In this document: positions 26,661 to 37,830 of the stretch, piece by piece
Position numbering within the stretch: the stretch's first letter is position 1
How the letters are laid out: each line of letters begins with the position of its first letter
DNA from: Phoronis australis
Taxonomy: Eukaryota; Animalia; Phoronida
DNA: 64,000 nt
Direction of reading: 5' to 3'
Assembly: GCA_002633005.1 (NCBI GenBank)
Contig: NMRA01000355.1
Coordinates: 394,310 to 458,309, forward strand
Made by a program: the position numbers and the translations under genes
Notes under the pieces: generated by a model
What the model saw: only the letters and a program-made list of their open reading frames with translations
Told to the model about the DNA's origin: nothing
Databases searched by the model: none

Positions 26661-28477
26661 AATGGAGCAACCGTAGAAATAGTATGAAAAAAATTGTCTC
26701 AAGGAAAATTTTCGGTCGATATGATCTGATTCTAAAGAGGAAAAGCTAATGTCCTTTTTCTCGGTTTCACAATTAATTGCAAAGTACCCTCTGCACCAAT
26801 AGAATCAGTTAACGAGGACGGTTTCTGACAGGAAGAATGTCTCCTCATAGATAAGCCAGTCGTTACCAAATCCCTTTAATATTTTTGTATTCTGTTGAAT
26901 GTAGAGATGTTGACCTTTGACCTCCTGAGGAGTTCTTCATGATCAGACTGAAACCGTCCTTGCTCGTCAATGCAATTTAATCCTATTTTAACCAGTATTG
27001 ACAGTTTTTACTCATCCATGAGATGACATTTCACTCCCCAACATCGCTTCAAAATTTGATATTTGAAATCCATAAGTTTCTGGTCATCAACCATCGAAAC
27101 AGTTTGGCAGTATTTCGGTATCTCAAATGCGTTCAGTTACAATAGATTTAATAGAAAAAGCAAAACTTTGTTCGCTTACAGGGTAACAGATAATTCGGCC
27201 TGAATGCTGTGTTATCACCATAATTTGTACTAACAAGATTTCTTATATAGTAGCTTAAAAAAAGCACCACTCACTCGATTTAGTAAAAATCAGAGACCAG
27301 AAACAACTATACTCTTTAGCCTAACAGCAAGAACACTTAAAAAATTCATAACACAACGTCATATTTATTTATGTGTGTACGTACGTATGAATGTATGTAT
27401 AAGTAGAGTTTCAGAAACGGTTTTGGCTCCAAATCGGACCTTTGTTTTTTCTAACAGGAACTGGAACTGTCGGGCGTATGCAGTGAAAGTTAAATTTCCT
27501 TCCTCCACTGTAACCACTAACCACTAACTTGGAGGCAACACACGTTTAACCAATTGTATCATTTTCTCTTTGAAATCCAGAACGATTGGACATGTTCATG
27601 GCATTCTGCTTTCACTGCACTAAAACTCAGAGCGAAGATTCGTCTCAGCTGTCTTCAAAGCGAAATGTTGCACGTTATTGTCAAACGTACATGGTTTGAA
27701 ACTACTGATATATAATCTTTGTGCATATAGATCACATGCCGCATTGCTGTCATCTTTAGTTTGTTGATATGTCGTTCAAGCTGACTCTGCAATAGGCAAA
27801 TTCACATCTGTTGGGCAATTATTGATTCAAAGAATGTTAACTTGTTGAAAAAATGCAGATTTATCTGATCTTGTCCACATTTGAAAGCTTACGAAGCCTT
27901 TCTTTGCTTGAAGTAACGATGGGTTGAGTTTTGAAAAGGGACGAGTTGACGCATACCGAATATTTAGACATTTAGTGCGATATTAGTTCTAGCTAACTGA
28001 GAAATTAGCCAATGAGCGAGTGGGCTTGAGGTTGGTTTTCTTTGTTCGATTAAGACGTATTATGATTACATAGAACGAGAGATGCGATTGAGACCATGTG
28101 ACGACGTGTTGACAAAAGGGGATATCGCCATGAAGAAGAGCAAATGGAGCAACCGTTGCCTTCCCCCCCTTATGGTATCCTAGATCCGCTACTGACAGTA
28201 CCATGTAATTCATAAAGTTTAAAAATGACAGTCACAATAGTAACACAATAATAATCACAACACAGCGTAACTGATTAAACAAGAAGCAACACTTTGGCAA
28301 TGAATTGCTTTTCTTCAATTTCTGACCTGACTTTGTAGTGCATAGGATGACTTTACATGGGGTCACATCACAGTCATCACTCATTGTCAGACAGTAAAGT
28401 TAGGCAATAAAGTTCATTGCAAATGTTTTCAAGTAATCGGCTGCTGGCAACCTACTAACCAAGTTGCTTGTTTCCAG

Positions 28478-28639
28478 AACTCACTCGCACAAGTATGGGA
28501 TGCGTTGCAAGCAAACTGTGTTGCCATAATGGAAAGACAATAGACGACAACAGTTCTGCGACGTCTCACGCCAGTGTTCTTGGATTAACATCTGAAGATC
28601 AAACCAATCTCATTGGTTCTGACAGAAACGTTGAAAAAG
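28478..28639 (+). other. Candidate upstream coding exon (MGCVASKLCC... dual-acylation-like N-terminus), unit A
   Basis: Acceptor-like tgtttccag at 28477; ATG at 28495; open frame MGCVASKLCCHNGKTIDDNSS...NVEK followed by G/GT at 28639/28640. The paralog keeps the frame through an in-frame indel. Confidence 0.4.
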
Positions 28640-29808
28640 GTCACAGTAATGAAAATGGAAGAGAAATAGCTGAGATTAGTTTCACTCACAGCTTACTTTA
28701 GTACTAATAGTTGCTTATTCAAACAAGTTAAAATTCATGAGAACTCTCACGGGTGACCCATGCATTCTAGACATTACCCTATCTTTTTGTTAGACTCAAA
28801 ATAAGGTGTTCGTGGGTTTGTGTGGTACCCACTTCTAAAAAACAGATAACGCCCGCTTTTGGGTGTTACGCCACCTTTAATATGCCCTTCCACAAAAAAC
28901 AGGTCAGGAATTTTTTTGTGTGTTGCGACGAACATTTCATCCTTGTGTTCCCCGGCTTTTCAACAAGAAGCAATACTTTGGCAATGAATTGCTTTTCCTC
29001 AATTCCGGACCTGATTCTGTAGTGCATAGGATGACTTTACATCTGATGAAAACGTTGAAAAAGGTAATGAAAACGGGAGAGAAATAACTGAGTTCAGTAT
29101 CACTCTGAATAGAGCTTACTTTGGTAATATAGTTACTTAACCAAACAAGTTAAAATTCTAAGCATGGACTTAGAATTCTCGCGGGGACCCATGGATTTTA
29201 GATTTAGAGGTAGCGACCCCGTTGAGCTTTCGCAGGATTAGTCGCGAGAATGTGAATTTCCAGTCGTCCACGCGACTGAGTTTTGATCGATTGAGTATAG
29301 TTATCAAATCGAGCCTAATTTTATTGCTTACAAAAAATTGCTTGTGGATTTATTTGTGTTGCTAAGTGTGTGTGTGTGTGTGGGCGCGCGCGCGTATATG
29401 TACATGTATGCATGTGCATATTATTACTGTTTCGTATTGTTTCTGTAAAAATTCATTTGTGCAACGTTTACCTGATGCCCGGTTGCATGAAATAGTCCCA
29501 ATTTAGGGACTCAACTAATATCCCTAAATCTACTGCGTATTTTTGGACTTGTGGAAACAGCGATTGCCCTTTCTTGTATGGTTTTAGTTTCATTATTAAG
29601 TTATCTTTTCACTTTGATACAAATCGAAAGTCAACTCTACGTGAAATTGTCAATGTAAACGGAAATAATTAGGGATCTTTTCATGCAACACCCCAGTTTA
29701 AGGACTAAGTCCGTATTTATTTTCAATGAACTCTGGGTTCAGTTTTTATTCATATTATTAGAGAAAGTCTTTAAACAAAGAGGGGCTCTCACTAAAGATG
29801 AAGTCTTC

Positions 29809-31621
29809 CAGTGGCGGATCTACGTTTTTAGTAAGGGGGGTTTAGGATTCCGCAAAGGTCGAATCCGAGGTGCGTGGCGCCGAGCGGGGGGAGGTCGGGA
29901 GGGGGGGGGTCTCCCCCCTACCGTGTTAGACAATTTTTGTTTTTGTTGCCAAATAGTGAAATTTCCATTCACCCTGGTAAGTTTCTGGCACTTAACATGT
30001 CTCTCAAGATAATTTAAAACCCTTCTCAATTTCTTCACATGAACTAGGGTCATAAGTTTCGTGAAACCATATTTGTGTACATCTGGGTATGAGTCACACC
30101 ACCAGCATAAATTGTTGTTGGAACATTTGCTTACACACACCTTTTTTACCATACGAAAAGTCGTATACGAAAATGTGGGACGTGTATACAGGGGTTTAGA
30201 CAACTACCAAATATTCAAGAGCATAAGGAGCACCGACGGGGCGTAAAAATTTGAATATCAGATGATCGCGTAACAGCAGCCTCAAGTTGTTTAAGAACGA
30301 AAACCTGTACTGTTAGTCCGGAAATAAACATGTGTTCTGTCTCGTTAGGAGAAAAACTGGCGAACGACGGTGCTCTCAGCTCATAGTCTATTATTAAAAG
30401 CGACAATAAACAATTATGTATCACTTTATTAAGATGAATCACGTTGACAACAATTGAAAAACATCAAATGTATCATGAAACAAACCATCTAAAAACAGTT
30501 TCACGAAACCAAAACATTCTGTACACCGTGGTGAAAAGATACACACGACCAGTTCGCAGAGGTACCAGGTGTACACAAAAAGGCTGGCCTGGTCTGTCAC
30601 GAGACCAAAAGTACACCTGTGCTTATTATCCCTATAAAAATAGTCGATCTGTCGCGTGACCAAACAGTTCTGGCTGAGATAAATAGTTTTACAAAGCACA
30701 AGTTGGTAAAAAACATCACAAGACTAGTTCGCCGAGGCACCAGAAGTACACTGAAACTCAGTATCTACACAAATCAAGCTGGCCTGATCCGTCGCGAGAC
30801 CTAAAGTGTACTATGCAAAAATTTTGAATTGAAAACTTCTATCTAAACACTTTTTATTACCCAGTTGTTGCTCATTCGTGTATTTTACAGATCTGGTGGT
30901 CAATTGCTGCGAGATGTTGTCTAGGAAGGGTTTTCGCACGGTTCTGTACTCACTGGAAGAAACAAATATTGAGTACAGATTTAACTGCTCATTACGTGAA
31001 ATAGATTTTGGATATGAAGAAGATAGAGCCAAGTGGAAATACAAACCAGAATCAGTTTCTGTGCGCTCGTAGACCCTCGGCTGTACTGGGTAAATTTGGC
31101 ATGACCACAAATAATTTCTATATCGTTTTATTGTACACAAGCATAAAAAACCGACATTATATACGAAATGTAGAATTATAATTTATTACCTGGGTGTTTC
31201 TCCAGGAACGTTGGTCCTATCTTTCTGTTGTCTAGACTGCTGAGGAATCTGTATATCGGATCCAATGGTTTGCTCGTCTTAGAATCATTCTACCCAGATA
31301 TCTTCGATGTTTGTTACCAACGCTTGCACTTCGTCAACTGCTGTGTCAATGAGCTTGTAAGCCTCTACAACGTCAGCATCTCGTTTTGCAGATCAGTTGG
31401 CACAAAGCCTCCTGAGGTTACCATGTCCATTCAAAAGACTTACATGCGCAACTAAATTTGGTCCGTTCATCATGGACTACTTCAAACCTTGACGATGTAT
31501 CCCAGGACCTATTTGCATCTCTTGCAATTTTCGAAATAAACACCCCAATGTCTGAACGTTTGAAACCCGAAGTATTAACATCAGATAAATGCCAATGGGC
31601 ATGGACGTTTCATCGGGGGGG
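29809..31621 (-). mobile_element. Decayed hAT transposon (unit A copy; other end lost in the gap)
   Basis: Terminus CAGTGGCGGATCTACG at 29809; sequence colinear with 53995-55830. Confidence 0.7.
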
Positions 31622-31860
31622 NNNNNNNNNNNNNNNNNNNNNNNNNNNNNNNNNNNNNNNNNNNNNNNNNNNNNNNNNNNNNNNNNNNNNNNNNNNNNNN
31701 NNNNNNNNNNNNNNNNNNNNNNNNNNNNNNNNNNNNNNNNNNNNNNNNNNNNNNNNNNNNNNNNNNNNNNNNNNNNNNNNNNNNNNNNNNNNNNNNNNNN
31801 NNNNNNNNNNNNNNNNNNNNNNNNNNNNNNNNNNNNNNNNNNNNNNNNNNNNNNNNNNNN
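31622..31860. other. Assembly gap (N run)
   Basis: Run of N; the paralogous interval in unit B (about 55828-57047) is ~1.2 kb, so the gap may be undersized. Confidence 0.99.
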
Positions 31861-33534
31861 CATTTTTTATTCGACTAGAAAGAAAGAATAAGGTGTTCAT
31901 GAGTTTTTGAGGTACACGCTATTAAAAAACAGATATTGCACGCTTTTGGATGTTACGCCAACAATAATATCCTGTTCCACAAGAAAATGTGGCCAGGAAT
32001 TTTTGTGTGTTACGGCGAGTGTTTTCACATGGACCAATTAAGGTGCCACCTTTTTATCCGTATGTCCTTCTTTTCAACTGCGTTGTCCCGCTTGTTAATT
32101 CTTGTATCTTGGCATCTATGCAACAGGTGTTCCAAATAGTATTGTCTCTTTCATATGAAAATATACCTTCCACAGTCCACTTTCTTTAGTAATGGAACAA
32201 TTGTAAAATGTGTTCCAATGTCTCTGGTTTACTGTATTACTATTACTATTACTATTGTTTATTCGATCAAGAAATGAGTCCATTTCTAAATGTCTTCGTA
32301 TAGTCCTAGTACACTGCAGCCAATGTAATCAGCTATTCACAGTACATTTCAAAGCTACGCAACTGATGTTTGCCCATATTTTCTGTTAGAATATGTTTAC
32401 TGCAAATTATACACATAAGTAGTTGGAATAATCACATTTTTTGTAAATTTTGTTGCATTCTGAATTTTTACTAAAGAACGTAATTGTATCAAACAGCTTT
32501 AAAGGTCCAATTAAAATATTAAGATGTATAACTTCGGATTAGTGCCTGATTAAATTCTTCACAGCAACTGTGGTAAATCCATATTCTAAAATTTTTATCT
32601 TTATCATTAAAATCCTTTTGAAACCTTGGTTTAATAAGTCATTTATAGAATGTCTGCTTCTGTGGTTCATTTCCGCTTTGTGTCATTGATATAACTTAAA
32701 TCGTTTGATTTTACAAGTTAATTAGTTAACTAAGTAATTAATTTTTTAATCAATATATTAGTACATGACGGACTTCATTATTACATTTATTGATATTTGC
32801 TTCTATTAAAACCAAACACTAGCAATCGCCTGCAGGCAATCATCCGTTTCACATTGTTTGAAATAGTCCAATAACATACGAATTTTTTTCGGAAGAAGTT
32901 TTCAATGGTAACAGTTCTAAAATTATTTCATTTCTGCTTAACATAAATTCAACCCCAAGCCCTATATTTTCTTGCAGCAAACAACAACGGATCAATCAAA
33001 CTCAAACAAGTCCCATGCATGCATCGCCTGTGATAAACGTTGTCATTCCATTCTTACAGTTTTGGTAATGACAAATATACTTCGTCATCGTGAAAAGTGT
33101 TAAAGAGTGGTTGTTAAAGCCATGTACCACGGTTTACAAAAATGCAATCATGCACTGTGATTTGACTGGAAAAGGAAATACACGGACGAGATTTCAAATT
33201 CATGTTTACAAATGTTGTCGATATCGCTTGAAATGTCTACAGACCCATCATTTGGATGATTACCATTCTTTGGAGGTGTTTGTTTAAGAACTAGCCAAAT
33301 TACGCAATCAACTTTACGTAAGTGGAAGGCGACCGTACAAATATAAAATGTGTGATTGTAATTTGAGTGTTACCTCGTGAAAGCCATTTGCTTACTCGTG
33401 CAGTGTGAAGTCTATTAAATCTAACATTGCTTTATTCTCCCTTTATTTTTAATTATGAGACCCCCCGATACACGTTAGAGATTCAAAGAAAGATACAAAA
33501 ACATTTTGAAATGAAATAACATTGAGAGATATTA

Positions 33535-36430
33535 ATGCTGTCCCAACTCTTTTCAGAGCAACTTGACGGTGAGGAACAACGGTTGGCGTCAGAACTACAT
33601 TGGAGAAACAAATCTGAAGACCATGAATATTAAATCACTCAATGATTATTTCACACCTGGTGAGAACTGGTTCAGTGACACTGTTGTCGTTAGGGGTGTG
33701 GAGTTCGACAGTGCTGCGCCGTTTGCTTGCAAAACGCCTCTTGGAAGACCTGACAGACTTGAAAGACAAGGCATAGAATTGATAAAAACACCCAAACACA
33801 TGGCTGCAATATGCGAATGTGAAACCGCCGTTAAGGAGGGTTATAACTTCGATCGCGTATTGACGGTTACAACCAAACTCCGTGGGGATGATCAGCTTTT
33901 TGAAAAGTTCAGACAGCTCAGAGCATATAATCAGGCTAAGGTAGACTCGCGCAAGAAGTACATTCAGGTTATCCGTAATGTAGTGGATGAGTTCTTACCA
34001 CAACTGAGTTTTCACACGGATGACGCAGCAACTCATGACATTAAAAAAGAGATGTTGCGGTTGCCGACTTTGGTTGTCGTTGTACTGAAACCGATATTCA
34101 GTTTGAATAATGATTTTATTTGGGACACTATAGATGAGATGATATCTGAATCCATATTGACATCCGATGGAGGGCATAATTTGCTTGTGGTCATTTCCAT
34201 CGTGGCCCTTCTCAGACTCGTAATGTACTGTAGTAAAGAAAGACAGCACGAAGTGTTCGTTTTATTTGGAAACTCAAACTCATCTGAGCTGGGAAAATCT
34301 ACCGTTCCAGGATATAACAGATACAAGCACTTGGTTATTCGATATTATCATTCAATGTTACCATTAGCTAATTTTGTAAGAAGTAAACAGTTAGTAGAGG
34401 CACGTACAAAACGACAAATAGATGACATGTTTTATGAAAGAAATCATTTAACAGAAGGTTTAATTGAATTATACTGCCTCTCCAACGAACGTGCCAGAGA
34501 ACAATTTTATGCTCACATTGAATCAGTTTCTGCAAATCCACACAAAATAGAAGGGGAGGACGTAGTAGTTCAGCACAAAGGAAAGGATATTTTCTGTGAC
34601 CACACAAACAGTACAGTATGGGAGTGCCTCTTCAATATCGGTAATACCTACGAGACAGAACAAAAGTTCGAAGAAGTTTTGAAATATAACTTGCATGCTT
34701 TCAGACTGATCTCGCAGAAACACGTCACAAATAGCAGACTCCCAGCTCATAAGTATGGTGAGCAGGGGATTCGGTCTATTTTGAAGACGATTGAAAGTAT
34801 GCACGAAATGAACAGTCGCGAGTTGAAGTATAGGGAATATGATGATGATGAATTTGTGCGCATCACACATATTCTTGTTGCTACCGGGAATGTGTGTTCA
34901 AGAATGCCTAGGAACAACTTGGCCTTACAATATCATCAAGAATCACTGAGCATGAAGAGGAGGATACACGGTGATGGTGATCATCCCAGCATCGCCACAA
35001 GTTTGCATAATATTGGGTGTGTGTATGATAAGATGTGTAAGTACGACCTGGCGTTGCAGTACTATCAAGACTCACTGGGTATGAAGAAGAGAATACACGG
35101 TGATGGTGATCATCTCAGCATTGCAATTAGTTTGCATAATATTGGGAAAGTATACAAGAAGATGTGTAAGCACGACCTGGCGTTACAGTACAATCAAGAC
35201 TCACTGAGTATGGAGTGGAGGATACACAGTGATGGTGATCATCCCAGCATTGCAATTAGTTTGCATAGTATTGGGGATGTATACAAGGACATGTGTAAGT
35301 ACGACCTGGCGTTACAGTACTATCAAGACTCACTGAGTATGGAGAGGAGGAAACACGGTGATGGTGATCATCCCAACATTGCCACAAGTTTGCATAATAT
35401 TGGGGATGTATACAAGGAGATGTGTAAGTACGACCTGGCGTTACAGTACTATCAAGACTCACTGAGTATGGAGAGGAGGAAACACGGTGATGGTGATCAT
35501 CCCAACATTGCCACAAGTTTGCATAATATTGGGGATGTATACAAGGAGATGTGTAAGCACGACCTGGCGATACAGTACTATCAAGACTCACTGAGTATGA
35601 AGAAGAGAATACACGGTAATGGTGATCATCCCGGCCTTGCAATTAGTTTGCATAATATTGGGGATGTATACAAGGAGATGTGTAAGTACGACCTGGCGTT
35701 ACAGTACTATCAAGACTCAGTGAGTATGAAAAGGAGGATACACGGTGATGGTGATCATCCCAGCATTGCCACAAGTTTGCATAATATTGGGGATGTATAC
35801 AAGGACATGTGTAAGTACGACCTGGCGTTACAGAACAATCAAAACTCACTGAGTATAAAGAAGAGAATACACGGTGATGGTGGTCATCCCAGCATCGCAA
35901 TTAGTTTGCATGGTATGGGGGATGTATACAAGGACATGTGTAAGTACGACCTGGCGTTACAGTACTATCAAGACTCACTGAGTATGGAGAGGAGGAAACA
36001 CGATGATGGTGATCATCCCAGCATTGCAATTAGTTTGCATAGTATTGGGGATGTATACAAGGACATGTGTAAGTACGACCTGGCGTTACAGTACTATCAA
36101 GACTCACTGAGTATGTTCAGGAGGATATACGTTGATGGTGATCATCCCAACATTGCCGCAAGTTTGCATAATATTGGGGATGTATACAAGGAGATGTGTA
36201 AGTACGACCTGGCGTTATAGTACTATCAAGACTCACTGAGTATGTTCAGGAGGATACACGGTGATGGTGATCATCCCAACATTGCCACAAGTTTGCATAA
36301 TATTGGGGATGTATACAAGGAGATGTGTAAGTACGACCTGGCGTTACAGTACTATCAAGACTCACTGAGTATGAAGAAGAGAATACACGGTGATGGTGAT
36401 CATCCCAACATTGCCACACTACAAACTTAG
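33535..36430 (+). pseudogene. Nucleotidyltransferase-TPR gene copy A: catalytic N-lobe deleted, frameshifted from the ancestral ATG, TAG in repeat 11, 3' end replaced by foreign sequence
   Basis: ATG 33535 (MLSQLFSEQLDGEEQRLASEL) aligns with 58717 but joins at 33598/33599 to the equivalent of 59431 (650-bp deletion); that frame stops at 33633. The downstream frame (ATG 33623) stays open to TAG 36218-36220 and is highly similar to copy B. Confidence 0.8.
34913..36418 (+). repeat. Coding tandem array of ~11.7 x 129-bp (43-aa) TPR units, copy A
   Basis: Consensus YDLALQYYQDSLSMxRRIHGDGDHPxIAxSLHNIGDVYKxMCK, kinesin-light-chain/NPHP3-type TPR; unit spacing of 129 bp (35042 to 35171). Confidence 0.95.
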
Positions 36431-36773
36431 ACCTACGTCGGTGGTCCGACCGGGGTATTGGAATCTGGTCACTATCGGTTTGACGTCATTATCCAATACT
36501 GGGGAAGTAGTTTCTGATGCGTATATGGAATAAGCGGTCACTGTCGTTTTTCTTTAGTTACGTGCTCAGCCACCGTGACCACGCGTCAGTACACAGTAGC
36601 ACGCGCTTTAGCATTGGTTGATGTAACATCGGCAGTCATTGGTTAGCTTTACAACAATATGAAAAAATGGCGGACTATGAACGATTCATCAACTTTATCA
36701 TGCAAGTGGCGTAGCAGCAACTATTTCGTTTCCGCAGTAATGTTTAATAGCAGCTTGCTTTTAGCACATACAT

Positions 36774-36957
36774 CAGTGGCGGATCTAGGATACCATATAA
36801 GGGGGGCCCAACATGTTGCCTCGCGGAGAATTGTGCAAAGCGCGATTGTATGCACAGGTGGCCCGAATGTTGCGGGGCCTGGCGGTGCACTCTATATTTC
36901 TTCACGATGTTGCTGTTTAATTTTGCGTGCAGCTGCTCCCCCCTAAATCTGCTCATG
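36774..36957 (+). mobile_element. Short hAT-type MITE; relatives at 52037-52333 (reverse), 28157-28194 (remnant) and 20472-20535 (one end)
   Basis: cagtggcggatctaggataccatataagggggg ... ccccctaaatctgctcatg; the reverse-orientation relative ends tatggtatcctagatccgctactg. Confidence 0.6.
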
Positions 36958-37830
36958 TAGGCCTACATGTACAATAGTATGGCCTATTTAAACGGTGTGT
37001 TATTCATACTGTAAGGATACAGGACAGTATCGTGAACAAAAGTCGTCGACAGTAGAAAGATGCACTCCGAAAAGGCGCATGCACAATTTCTGGGATTCAC
37101 ATTTCCTGAACATAAATTTTAAGCAACAATTTGTGTGTGCAACAAACCACATTAACACTTGCTCCACCAGCCATGCCAGTTTGTTTGCGTAAAGCGCTGC
37201 CTGTTGAGAATTAGGCCAGCCAATCAGAAACGCCGGTGTAAAAAAAGCTCCCGAGGAAAATTTAGTGATACCTAGCGGCACGCAGGGAACCAGCAAGTGT
37301 CGTTTTGTGTGTTGAAGTGTGAAGGATTTCTTGTGTTAAATTCGTGAGATATAAGGTAATTTTATCTAGAATTGTGTGATGTTTAATCAGGGACTCTTTT
37401 CAAATAGTTTTCAGGTTTTTATTATGTTTCATAGTGTTATTGGACTGTTACAGACTCAATTTTCTCGACACGTACATGCATAGCTTATCAGTAATGATTT
37501 AGGTCACGTACATAACATCAGTGAGGATAAAGTCCAACTCGGGCCGGCTATTGAGTGTGTGTCCCGTATTGAAATCGCCGACAACAGGCCAAAAACGAGG
37601 TGAAAATTACGTGGAAACATAACAACATATTTCAACCTGATCTCTTCGTGTAAAGCAATATTCAAATTCGCCAAAATTTTTCTATTAGCAGCCAAATTTT
37701 CAAGATAACTCGCCTTGGACTCCTGCAACTCGTAATCGTCGGCATTTTGAATTTAGACTCGGTCAACCTCATACAAAGATTGAAGATTTAATAGCAGCAA
37801 GACGTTGTGAGTATCTGTACTATATTAAAA

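Larger units (their letters stand above)
20750..36418 (+). repeat. Segmental duplication unit A (paralogous to ~45790-63137)
   Basis: Colinear blocks: 24310-28097 vs 46819-50250, 28157-31621 vs 52297-55830, 31861-36418 vs 57048-63120; more diverged block 20750-22750 vs 45790-46750. Confidence 0.9.

Noticed and set aside
31458-31910. ORFs spanning the N gap
   Set aside because: Artefacts of translating N.
34913-36418. 129-bp repeats as a CRISPR array or non-coding satellite
   Set aside because: Units are contiguous with no unique spacers, are a multiple of 3 and encode TPRs; the context is eukaryotic with no cas genes.
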